Notes under the pieces: model-generated
What the model saw: only the letters and a program-made list of their open reading frames with translations
What the model was told of the DNA's origin: nothing
The model's database searches: none
Source: an uncultured Oscillospiraceae bacterium
GTDB lineage: Bacteria > Bacillota > Clostridia > UMGS1883
Assembly: GCA_964385605.1 (NCBI GenBank)
Contig: CAYLPQ010000003.1
Coordinates: 8,203-72,202, forward strand
Direction: 5' to 3'
DNA: 64,000 nucleotides
Position numbers and translations under genes: made by a program
Shown here: positions 56,561 to 64,000 of the stretch, piece by piece
Layout of the letters: each line of letters begins with the position of its first letter
How positions within the stretch are numbered: the stretch's first letter is position 1

Positions 56561-57388
56561 ATGGATGAAAAAAGATTAGAAGATAATGAAAAAACTGCCG
56601 TGTTTAATCCTATAAAAGATCAGCCTGCCAGGGAGAAAACTCCGGAAGAAAATCCTGATTCTGCAGAAAAATATCCATTTCAGCCGGAGGAGTCCATCGG
56701 TTTTAATGAGGATTTTGAAGATGAAGATAATGATGACGAATACGATGAAGAGGATGACGATGATGAAAGTGAAGACAGCGACAAGTTAAACATAGTTCTC
56801 ATAGTCGTTACGGCACTTGCCACAATTATTTTTGTTGTAACATGCATATGGGGAATATCCACATTTATGAATTCAAGAAAAGAAAAAGCAGAAATTGTGG
56901 AAAATGAAAAAATTATTGAAGAAATACCGGAAAAAATTGAAGAGGTACCCGAAAAGCCCGTAGAAGAAGAAAAGAATACTGTTTATAGCATCGCATTCAT
57001 GCCTGATTCAGTAGAAAAAGAGGGCGATACCTATACAGTCCGTGTAACTCTCTACAATAAATCTATGACCACAGAGGGTGAGAAGAGAGTTGTTCTTAAC
57101 AGCTCCACTGAAATAGTGGAAGACGGCGAGGAGCTTTCTCTTGTAAGCTTTATTTCCGTAATTGAAAGTATCGGTGACGAGGAAATCATTTTTAAAGGAA
57201 AAATAAACGAAAAAACAAGGGAAGTAATAAATATTTCCTATAACAGTTCAATTTTGGAGGTTCTTCAGGAACCTGACCTCCAGCCGGAGATTGAAAGAGA
57301 AGTAACGAAGGAAAATCAAACCGAAGAGGAAGAAGTTCCTGAAGTTTCTCCCGAAGAACCTGAAAATGAAGGGGAAACTCTCGAATAA
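56561..57388 (+). CDS. hypothetical single-pass membrane protein with poly-acidic N-terminal region
   Basis: Acidic run FEDEDNDDEYDEEDDDDESEDSD, one TM helix (NIVLIVVTALATIIFVVTCIWGI), a ~150-aa C-terminal domain, and an E-rich tail. No family recognised. Confidence 0.55.
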   Translation: MDEKRLEDNEKTAVFNPIKDQPAREKTPEENPDSAEKYPFQPEESIGFNEDFEDEDNDDEYDEEDDDDESEDSDKLNIVLIVVTALATIIFVVTCIWGISTFMNSRKEKAEIVENEKIIEEIPEKIEEVPEKPVEEEKNTVYSIAFMPDSVEKEGDTYTVRVTLYNKSMTTEGEKRVVLNSSTEIVEDGEELSLVSFISVIESIGDEEIIFKGKINEKTREVINISYNSSILEVLQEPDLQPEIEREVTKENQTEEEEVPEVSPEEPENEGETLE

Positions 57389-57403
57389 TACTGTTTGTAT
57401 AAA

Positions 57404-57445
57404 CAAAAAAAGGATGTAAAAAAACTGATTTTTTACATCCTTTTT
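57404..57445. terminator. bidirectional terminator
   Basis: aaaaaaaggatgtaaaaaa ... ttttttacatccttttt. Lies between convergent genes. Confidence 0.85.
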
Positions 57446-57531
57446 AATCGTATAGGAAATTGCTCGAATTAACACGCGTGAAACAATGTTTGTGCTTTGT
57501 GAGTGCGCGACAAGGGTGAAGCGGCACTCTT

Positions 57532-58413
57532 CTATTCATCTGTACGGCTTAAAACAAGAACAGAGCCTAAAATAAGGACAATTCCTATTGCAGAAAAAAC
57601 AGAAAGCTTTTCATCAAAAAGAATAATACTGAAAATAGTTGCTGACAAGGGTTCAATAATTCCCATAGCAGATGCTACACCGGCAGGAAGATTTTTCAGT
57701 GAAATTGTGTAAAGGAAATATGGCAGAACAAAAGTTACAACCGCGTGAGAAATGGCAAGGGGTATTGCTTTTGCCGCGTTGTTTGCAACAAGTGTCTGAA
57801 TCTGCGGAAAATCGCAGGCTATCAGAGAAATCACCGCTGCAAAAAGAAAACTGTACAGTGTTGCAGTTATAGGATTACACCCACGGCGCATTTCTATCTT
57901 TGTCAGAATGTTATAAATACCGTAAGACACACCTGACAGAAGTCCCATTACGATGCCCATCGCATTAAATTTCATACCGCCGACAATGCCTGACACCAGC
58001 GCGCATCCGATAAGTACGCAAAGAACACTGATGCCTTTTTTGAGAGTGAGCTTTTCTCCGAAAAATGCTACAGACCAACCAAGAACAAGCACCGGAGCCA
58101 TATACATAAGGATAACTGCCGTTGCAATTGATGTCTGCTTCATTGAGGAATAGTAGCACGCGGCAGTTGCAAACAATGTTATACCGCTTCCTATGTAAAG
58201 GGGAATGTCCCTCAATCTTAAGGAGAGTGCACCCCTGTTGAAACAGAGTGTGTAAATCAAAAAGCACGGAAATGAAAGCATTGTTCTGATAGCGGTTATC
58301 TGAAGGGGTGCAAGTCCCATCTTGCTCCAGGTGTTGACAAATATTCCCGAAGTTCCCCACAGAATACCGGCAAGAACTATAAACAGTAGTGATTTTTTCT
58401 TCATTTGAAACAA
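57532..58413 (-). CDS. EamA/DMT-family transporter
   Basis: 10-TM protein with two EamA repeats. 293 aa. Confidence 0.85.
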   Translation of the reverse strand: MFQMKKKSLLFIVLAGILWGTSGIFVNTWSKMGLAPLQITAIRTMLSFPCFLIYTLCFNRGALSLRLRDIPLYIGSGITLFATAACYYSSMKQTSIATAVILMYMAPVLVLGWSVAFFGEKLTLKKGISVLCVLIGCALVSGIVGGMKFNAMGIVMGLLSGVSYGIYNILTKIEMRRGCNPITATLYSFLFAAVISLIACDFPQIQTLVANNAAKAIPLAISHAVVTFVLPYFLYTISLKNLPAGVASAMGIIEPLSATIFSIILFDEKLSVFSAIGIVLILGSVLVLSRTDE

Positions 58414-58526
58414 CCTTTCGTTACTAAAACACTAACTATACAATTATATCACAAATATTTTTGTAAATCTACAAAAAAATAAACAAAAAATGTAATTAAA
58501 CAGATATTTGTAAAAGAGGTGAGAAA

Positions 58527-58911
58527 ATGAGACGTTATAATATTACTTATGTAAAAGAAACTGTCACAGAGGAGATATGGAATAAGATAATGCCTCTAAA
58601 AATAGATATTTCCCCCTGCGAGGAGTATCCCTGTCCATATAAAACACAGGTGCGGCTTGCATATGACGAAGAAAAGCTGTATGTTTATTTCAAAACGGAC
58701 GAAACAAAGCTTCGTGCAGTGAACTCACAAAGAAATTCCCTTTTCCTTTATAAAAGAGCATTTTAACGATATATCAAAGATAATGCATGCCAATTTTTAT
58801 AAATGCGGAGAAAAAACAGAACCTGAACACTATGGATGCTGGAGTAATATTCCTGAATATCCGTATGATTTTCATACTCCTGAATACTTCGGTGAACTGG
58901 CTTTTAATTAA
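58527..58911 (+). pseudogene. carbohydrate-binding family 9-like protein, internally deleted and frameshifted
   Basis: N-terminal fragment (..VRLAYDEEKLYVYFKTDETKLRAVNSQRNS) stops at 58766. The C-terminal end (HANFYKCGEKTEPEHYGCWSNIPEYPYDFHTPEYFGELAFN*) continues in another frame to 58911. Confidence 0.65.
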
Positions 58912-58991
58912 ACGAAGAAGGGTGAGGACTAACCTAATAATAACAGGAAGAATCAGAAATCTTTCTGTAAAATTCAATTAACGGAAATTCT

Positions 58992-59334
58992 TTAAGGCAA
59001 ATTTAAAAAATCGTCATTAAGTGACCACAAAAGGTATCCGTCAATCCTGGCTCCGTCATCACTTGCCTTTTCAAGCTTATGCAGATAACGTTCAAGAAAG
59101 TCAATTCTGTTGGGGTCATGCCCTTTTCCGTCAAGAGATACAACATCGTGGGCAGACATTCCGTTTTCAGTTATAAAAATCGGAAGTTTAAGTCCGGGGA
59201 ACATGTATGCCCAGTTGATAACTCTGACCGATAAAGCATTGCGGCTCGTTGAAGGTTATAAAATATTTTGCCTTATCTGAATAAAGCTCTGCTATTGCTG
59301 CAGTAAGTGCAGTTGATTCAGCATTGTTCTCCAT
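58992..59334 (-). pseudogene. GH1 beta-glucosidase remnant
   Basis: The acid/base motif segment KYFITFNEPQCFIGQSYQLGIHVP (about 59205-59334) is joined out of frame directly to the nucleophile segment PIFITENGMS (ORF 58992-59204). About 190 aa are missing between them, and both protein ends are absent. Confidence 0.75.
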
Positions 59335-59518
59335 ATGAACGCAAACAGTCTGATTTTTCTTGACGTATAAATTTTTATAAGAAACCCTCCCAATAGTATT
59401 ATTTTTATAATATCACAGCCGGGAGAGTAGTTAAATTTCAACTTTATTGGATTTTATTTAACTGTTTTTGGGAAAGGTGTCAGAAAGAACTCTTTTTCAG
59501 AAGAAATCAAAACATAAG

Positions 59519-59556
59519 AAAAAAACCGCCTAACCCTATTGGTTAAGCGGTTTTTT
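59519..59556. terminator. strong bidirectional terminator
   Basis: A-run, aaccgcctaacc / ggttaagcggtt stem, T-run. Confidence 0.85.
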
Positions 59557-59558
59557 AT

Positions 59559-59577
59559 AGCGTGCTTGGAGGGACGA
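59559..59577 (-). repeat. duplicated tRNA-Arg 3' end (T-stem 3' strand plus acceptor strand)
   Basis: tatagcgtgcttggaggga against tatggcgtgcttggaggga at 59761-59779: 18/19 identical, with CCA changed to CTA. Confidence 0.8.
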
Positions 59578-59724
59578 TGTTGCTGCGCACCATCCCTGCT
59601 AGTCCACCCAAATGCTGACGCATTTGGGTACCGGACGTCGCACCACCGTGCTAAAAACGATTATCAATCGTTTTTTAACGCACGTTGCCCTCACAGGGTT
59701 CGAATCCCTTTTTAATTAAAGCAC

Positions 59725-59758
59725 AAAAAAGGACATCCACGAATGTAGATGTCTTTTC
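59725..59758 (-). terminator. terminator immediately after tRNA-Arg
   Basis: Minus strand: AAAAGACATC TACATTCGTG GATGTCCTTTTTT. Confidence 0.7.
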
Positions 59759-59762
59759 TTTA

Positions 59763-59839
59763 TGGCGTGCTTGGAGGGATTCGAACCCCCGACCCTTTGG
59801 TTCGTAGCCAAATACTCTATCCAACTGAGCTACAAGCAC
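59763..59839 (-). tRNA. tRNA-Arg (anticodon ACG), CCA encoded
   Basis: Minus-strand cloverleaf: GTGCTTG TA GCTC AGTTGGATA GAGT A TTTGG CTACGAA CCAAA GGGTC GGGGG TTCGAAT CCCTC CAAGCAC G CCA. Confidence 0.93.
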
Positions 59840-59930
59840 ACTTCAAACGCAAGTTATATGATAACATACAATTGATAAAAAAGCAAGTATTATTTTTGGA
59901 AAATTTCGTTTTTTTAAATTTTTAAAAAAA

Positions 59931-59981
59931 GGATGTGTCTCAACACAACAAGCTTTGTAATTTGAGGACACATCCTTTTTT
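59931..59981 (-). terminator. terminator after the membrane AraC-type regulator gene
   Basis: ggatgtgtc / gacacatcc stem with a 27-nt loop, flanked by an A-run and a T-run. Confidence 0.65.
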
Positions 59982-59982
59982 G

Positions 59983-62244
59983 TTAATTGTTTTGGTTTGT
60001 AAGAGAAACCTTATATTCTTTTGGTGTCATACCCATATAAGCTTTAAACGCGCGTCTGAAAGAGACATCGCTGTTATAGCCTACCTGTTGTGAGATTTTT
60101 TCAATAGTTATATTTGAGCCGGACAAAAGATTGCAGGCAGCTTCCATACGTACTTTCGTAACATATTCGCTGAACTGATAACCCGTATATTCCTTAAAGA
60201 ATCGCGATGTGTATGCCTCGGAAATATGAAAATGACTTGAAAATGTCTGACGGGAAAGCAACGGGTCGCTGTAATGAGTATCAATATACTGCATCATGAT
60301 AACCGCCATATTTTCCGAAGAGCTGTCGTTTGAAAAGCTGTGTATTTTTGTCAATTGGGACTTTACAAGGTCAAAAAATCCCGGCAGTGTCAGGTCAAAG
60401 CCTTCTGAAAAAGCGGCTTCAGCCTCGGTAATAATTTCCGGGGGAAGATTTAAGTTGTACAGAATTTTAAATACCGTACATCTTATGTTGGAATAAAGGT
60501 GCTTGATTGCCTGTGCTGACAGAACCTTTTTTTCATGATTTTCCTTGAGGACAGTGTCCAGTGTCTCAAAAACTATATCTATGTTTTTGTGCTGGAAGGA
60601 GTAAATAATACGTTTTTCCACATCGGTAGGGTAAAAGTAACCCGTATTTCCCGAAAGTCCCTTCGTGCACCAGACAGCATTGTTATACGTGGTCTGAATA
60701 CCGTATTCCATAATGTTTTTTACATCGCAGTATTTATAGAATGTGTCAAAAAACGAAGTGAAAGGCTCACTGATAGCAAATTTGAGCTTAATGTCAAATT
60801 CTTTGTTGGATTCTTCTGCCAGCTTATTAAGGGTATCCTCGAGAATAAGCACCGTGTCATCTTTATCGTCAACACCTAAAAGAAAAACTGTTTGCTCGTC
60901 ATTAATATAGGTATGGATACACGAATACTGTGACGATAGCTTTTCAGAAAGTGTTGCTTTCAATGAAGTTACTTTTGTCGGAGAGTTACCTCTGCCGGGA
61001 GAAGACATCAGAATGGAAATAATACATATAATGTAATGGCTGGAATCAAGTGAAAGATTAAATTGATTCATGTTCTGCATTATTTCGTCCCTGTCCAAGA
61101 GGTCGCCCGAAAGAATCGAATGCAGGAAGTTAGAACGTAGTATAGGCATACTTTCTTCCAGGATTTTTGTTGAATGCTGGCTTGTGCTTATAAGATTATC
61201 AACCGATTCAGAAATAATGTTCAGTTCGTTGTTTTTGTCGTTTGAAGCCTCCGAATAGGGGCGAAGTGTATTTAATATCCGCTCTATGGGGCGTGTATTG
61301 CGCTTGGTAAAGTAAAGCGCGAGAAATCCGCACACTATAAAGCTGATGAAGAGAGCAAATATTATAATGAAGCGCACCATATTTATGTCGGAAGAAACTA
61401 TACTTGACGGAATTGCCAGAGCATAGTTGTAGGAGTTTGATTCTGTTGTCTGATAGACCGTGTATTCTATCCCATCAATAACTTCGGTGGTTCTTTTCTC
61501 GCTACCGAGGCTTATGTTAGGGGAATTATAGCTCTGTGCAATCGGATTTTTAGAATTATCAAAGAAATAGAAACAACTGTTGGCAGGGAGGTCGTTTTCA
61601 ATTGCTTTAAACAGCTTTTCAGAATCAACACTTATAAGAATCGTTCCTGTAATGTTTTCGGCTTCCTGCACAGGAACGGTTGTAATGAAGTAAAAGCAGT
61701 TTTTATGCGTGCCCTTGGAAATAAAGTCCGTCTGATAGTATAGTCTGTTGTATCCATAGTAAGAAAGAACAGTTGCTTTCAGGGTGTGATAATCCATATC
61801 GCCGATTTTCAGGAAATCGCCGTAACTTGAAGAGGGAATAGCTGTTGTAGTCGAAAGAAAATAATCTCCCGGGTGGGAGTATAGGTAAATATCATCAATA
61901 AGTGGGTTTGAGGATGTGTATGAATTCAGATGTGAAATTATATTGAGCTGTATTGATGGTTGATATGTACTGCTTCCTTTATTAAGTACGTTTGTTGTTA
62001 AAAACGAAGCTGATTCTCTGTTTGACAGAATCTGTGCAGGGATATTGCTGATTCCTTCAAGGTATTGGTTAACAATTTGCTGGGATTGGGAGAGTGCGCT
62101 GTAATACTTCTCCTCGTTGTTGCGGTTAAGGGTCTGAAGCAGATTTGCGTAAAGTATTCCACAGGTAATAATAGGAATAAGCATAATCACCAGATATGTT
62201 AAAATAAAGAATTTAAAAGTAGATAGTTTTACATTTGTTTTCAA
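59983..62244 (-). CDS. membrane-anchored sensor/AraC-family transcriptional regulator
   Basis: 753 aa. Two TM segments flank an extracytoplasmic (Cache-like) domain. C-terminal AraC HTH (ITIEKISQQVGYNSDVSFRRAFKAYMGMTPKEY). Confidence 0.8.
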   Translation of the reverse strand: MKTNVKLSTFKFFILTYLVIMLIPIITCGILYANLLQTLNRNNEEKYYSALSQSQQIVNQYLEGISNIPAQILSNRESASFLTTNVLNKGSSTYQPSIQLNIISHLNSYTSSNPLIDDIYLYSHPGDYFLSTTTAIPSSSYGDFLKIGDMDYHTLKATVLSYYGYNRLYYQTDFISKGTHKNCFYFITTVPVQEAENITGTILISVDSEKLFKAIENDLPANSCFYFFDNSKNPIAQSYNSPNISLGSEKRTTEVIDGIEYTVYQTTESNSYNYALAIPSSIVSSDINMVRFIIIFALFISFIVCGFLALYFTKRNTRPIERILNTLRPYSEASNDKNNELNIISESVDNLISTSQHSTKILEESMPILRSNFLHSILSGDLLDRDEIMQNMNQFNLSLDSSHYIICIISILMSSPGRGNSPTKVTSLKATLSEKLSSQYSCIHTYINDEQTVFLLGVDDKDDTVLILEDTLNKLAEESNKEFDIKLKFAISEPFTSFFDTFYKYCDVKNIMEYGIQTTYNNAVWCTKGLSGNTGYFYPTDVEKRIIYSFQHKNIDIVFETLDTVLKENHEKKVLSAQAIKHLYSNIRCTVFKILYNLNLPPEIITEAEAAFSEGFDLTLPGFFDLVKSQLTKIHSFSNDSSSENMAVIMMQYIDTHYSDPLLSRQTFSSHFHISEAYTSRFFKEYTGYQFSEYVTKVRMEAACNLLSGSNITIEKISQQVGYNSDVSFRRAFKAYMGMTPKEYKVSLTNQNN

Positions 62245-62484
62245 TTAAACAGCCCCTTGCTTTGTTTATAAAATGTTTGTATGCGAAAAATCCCATACTG
62301 TTAGTTTAAAGCATCAAAAAAGCCTTGTCAAGGCGAAGAAAACAAAAATAACATACAAAATGAAACAACATTAAGTATCTAAAATGTATGTTGTTTAGGG
62401 AAAGCCAAATGCGAATAAAATTCCAAAAAAGTTCTGTTTTTGCAAAATTGGTTTCAAACTGAATGTTTTCCATTATTTTGTGTG

Positions 62485-62514
62485 TTTACAACAAATAGAA
62501 CGGCAAGGTATAAT
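62485..62514 (+). promoter_or_regulatory. sigmaA-type promoter of the sugar-binding lipoprotein gene
   Basis: TTTACA (62485-62490), 18 nt, TATAAT (62509-62514). Confidence 0.6.
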
Positions 62515-62556
62515 TAAGCTGTGCAAAAGTCTAACTCCACGAAAGGATGAAGCATT

Positions 62557-64000
62557 GTGAAAAAAGTGTGTGCAATACTGTGTATCGTGACAATTCTATT
62601 TACAGCAGTAGGCTGCGAAGAAAAAACTGAAAAAAGAGATGTTGTGACTTTGTCATGGTGGGTTCCGATGCTTCAGCATGTTGGGAAAACCAGCTCGAAT
62701 TTTGCTGAAAATGAAATGTATAAGGAACTTATGAAACGAACAGGAACCAACATTGAGTTTATACATCCCAAAGGAGGAGAAACCTTTGATGTGCTTTTGA
62801 TGTCAAATGATTTGCCTGACATAATAGAGCATAGCTTTTTCAGCTTCAAGGGAGGTCCCCAGGCAGCCCTTGATGAAAATTTCATTATCAGTCTTGATTC
62901 TTTTCTTGAAAAATACTCGCCCAATTATGCGCGGGTTCTCAAAGAAAACCCGTCATGGGACAGTGAGGTAACCACGGAAAACGGTTCTCATTACACCTAT
63001 GCGTGGTTAAGAGGCGACGAAAGTCTTCTGTACTGGAAAGGCTTGCAGGTAAGAACTGATTTATTGAAGCAGGCAGAACTTCCCGTTCCGGAAACTGTAG
63101 CAGAATGGGATACTGCACTGCGAAAATTTAAGGAGATGGGTATAAAGTACCCCCTTACATACAGATGGTCTTTTGGTACCTCCGACCCGTTTGTCAGCGC
63201 TTATAACTCTTTAAGCGGATATTATGAAGTTGACGGTGTTGTTAAATTTTCTCCCTTTGATGAGGGGTACAGAAAATACATTGAGCTGATGCATACCTGG
63301 TACAGAGACGGAATCCTTGACCCTGATGTTTTTACCCAGAGCGATGAGCTTTTTGAAAGCAAGCTGATGAGCGGACAGGTAGGAGCATATATGGGAACAC
63401 TTGGAGGAAATATGGGAAACTGTCTGCCTGAATTGCAGAAAAAAGGTGCCGGAATCGTAGCCGCGCCAACTCCTGTGATGAACCGCGGAGATGAAGTTTT
63501 TCAAAGCCAGCGGGACAGTTTTTATCAGCCCAGTACAAGTGTTTCAATAAGTCGTGACTGTGAAAATATAGAAGCTGCGGCAAGATTACTTGATTACGGG
63601 TACAGCGAAGAGGGACATCTTTTATACAATTTCGGAATAGAGGGTGTTTCGTATAAAATGGTGGACGGCTATCCAAAATATCTTCCCGAAATAACAAACA
63701 ATCCCGACGGACTTTCCATGCAGCACGCAATGAGTAAGTATATGGCATCGGCTTACGGCGGACCGTTTATTCAGGATAAAAGAGAATATGAGCAGTATCT
63801 CAGGTATCCCGAACAGAAGTATGCTGTCGAGCTGTGGAGTAAAGAAACCCAGGATCACAGATTGCCTCAACATATAATGCTTCCGGCAGAGCTTGAAAGT
63901 AAGGACAGTCAGATAAGAGCTTATTGCAGCAATATGCTCGTTAAATTTATAACCGGCGAGGTTCCGTTAACTGAATACGACAGATTTACGAATGATTTAA
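62557..64000 (+). CDS. extracellular solute-binding lipoprotein (LplA-type sugar ABC SBP), 3' end beyond the window
   Basis: Not in the ORF track (GTG start, no stop within the window). AAAGGA lies 9 nt upstream. Lipobox LFTAVGC. 481 open codons (..TLSWWVPMLQHVGKTSSNFAENEMYKELMKRTGTNIEFIHP..), typical of a family 1 SBP. Confidence 0.8.
   Translation, partial: MKKVCAILCIVTILFTAVGCEEKTEKRDVVTLSWWVPMLQHVGKTSSNFAENEMYKELMKRTGTNIEFIHPKGGETFDVLLMSNDLPDIIEHSFFSFKGGPQAALDENFIISLDSFLEKYSPNYARVLKENPSWDSEVTTENGSHYTYAWLRGDESLLYWKGLQVRTDLLKQAELPVPETVAEWDTALRKFKEMGIKYPLTYRWSFGTSDPFVSAYNSLSGYYEVDGVVKFSPFDEGYRKYIELMHTWYRDGILDPDVFTQSDELFESKLMSGQVGAYMGTLGGNMGNCLPELQKKGAGIVAAPTPVMNRGDEVFQSQRDSFYQPSTSVSISRDCENIEAAARLLDYGYSEEGHLLYNFGIEGVSYKMVDGYPKYLPEITNNPDGLSMQHAMSKYMASAYGGPFIQDKREYEQYLRYPEQKYAVELWSKETQDHRLPQHIMLPAELESKDSQIRAYCSNMLVKFITGEVPLTEYDRFTNDL

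Noticed and set aside
57470-57487. parS-like sequence TTAACACGCGTGAAACA.
   Set aside because: Only one half-site (GTGAAACA) matches. An extra base breaks the palindrome, so it is not a credible ParB site.
59606-59720. A second tRNA (tRNA-Sec, a long-arm tRNA or a plus-strand tRNA using the T-arm-like cagggttcgaatccct), or an SRP/4.5S RNA.
   Set aside because: No acceptor stem can be paired. The 9-bp hairpin has a 4-nt loop, not a 7-nt anticodon loop. No GGAAGCAGC SRP domain IV motif is present. Only fragments of tRNA-Arg are recognisable.

Overview
Replication-origin region of a low-GC, spore-forming Firmicute, probably Clostridia-like. Almost all of the window is conserved housekeeping genes. 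Left of the origin, mostly on the minus strand: ctsR-mcsA-mcsB-clpC, rlmB, comEC, an ACT gene with hom-lysC, rsmI, proBAC (plus strand), an amino-acid ABC transporter, ypeB, serS, then parB-parA-noc-rsmG-mnmG-mnmE-jag-yidC-yidD-rnpA-rpmH. Right of the origin, on the plus strand: dnaA-dnaN-yaaA-recF-remB-gyrB-gyrA. Gene orientation switches at two DnaA-box clusters flanking dnaA (bipartite oriC). Two perfect parS sites, a Noc-binding-like palindrome and a textbook CtsR operator are visible. There is one tRNA-Arg(ACG). I found no CRISPR array, no intact mobile element and no obvious defence island. What the gene map does not explain is a dense set of modular intergenic repeats: (i) a conserved box that sits directly after stop codons at 7 gene ends; (ii) a ~70-nt stem-loop present twice with three compensatory base-pair changes; (iii) tandem heptamer arrays (TCGMAYT) in at least 4 spacers; (iv) families of terminator-like hairpins that share their cores. 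Other points of interest: a fused LplB/LplC-like ABC permease that lacks both EAA coupling loops; a radical-SAM/TIGR03915-like putative DNA-modification pair carrying a parS site; a tRNA-Arg 3'-end duplication suggestive of an integration scar; and decayed GH1 and CBM9-like genes beside it. All family assignments come from reading the translated ORFs. No database search was run.
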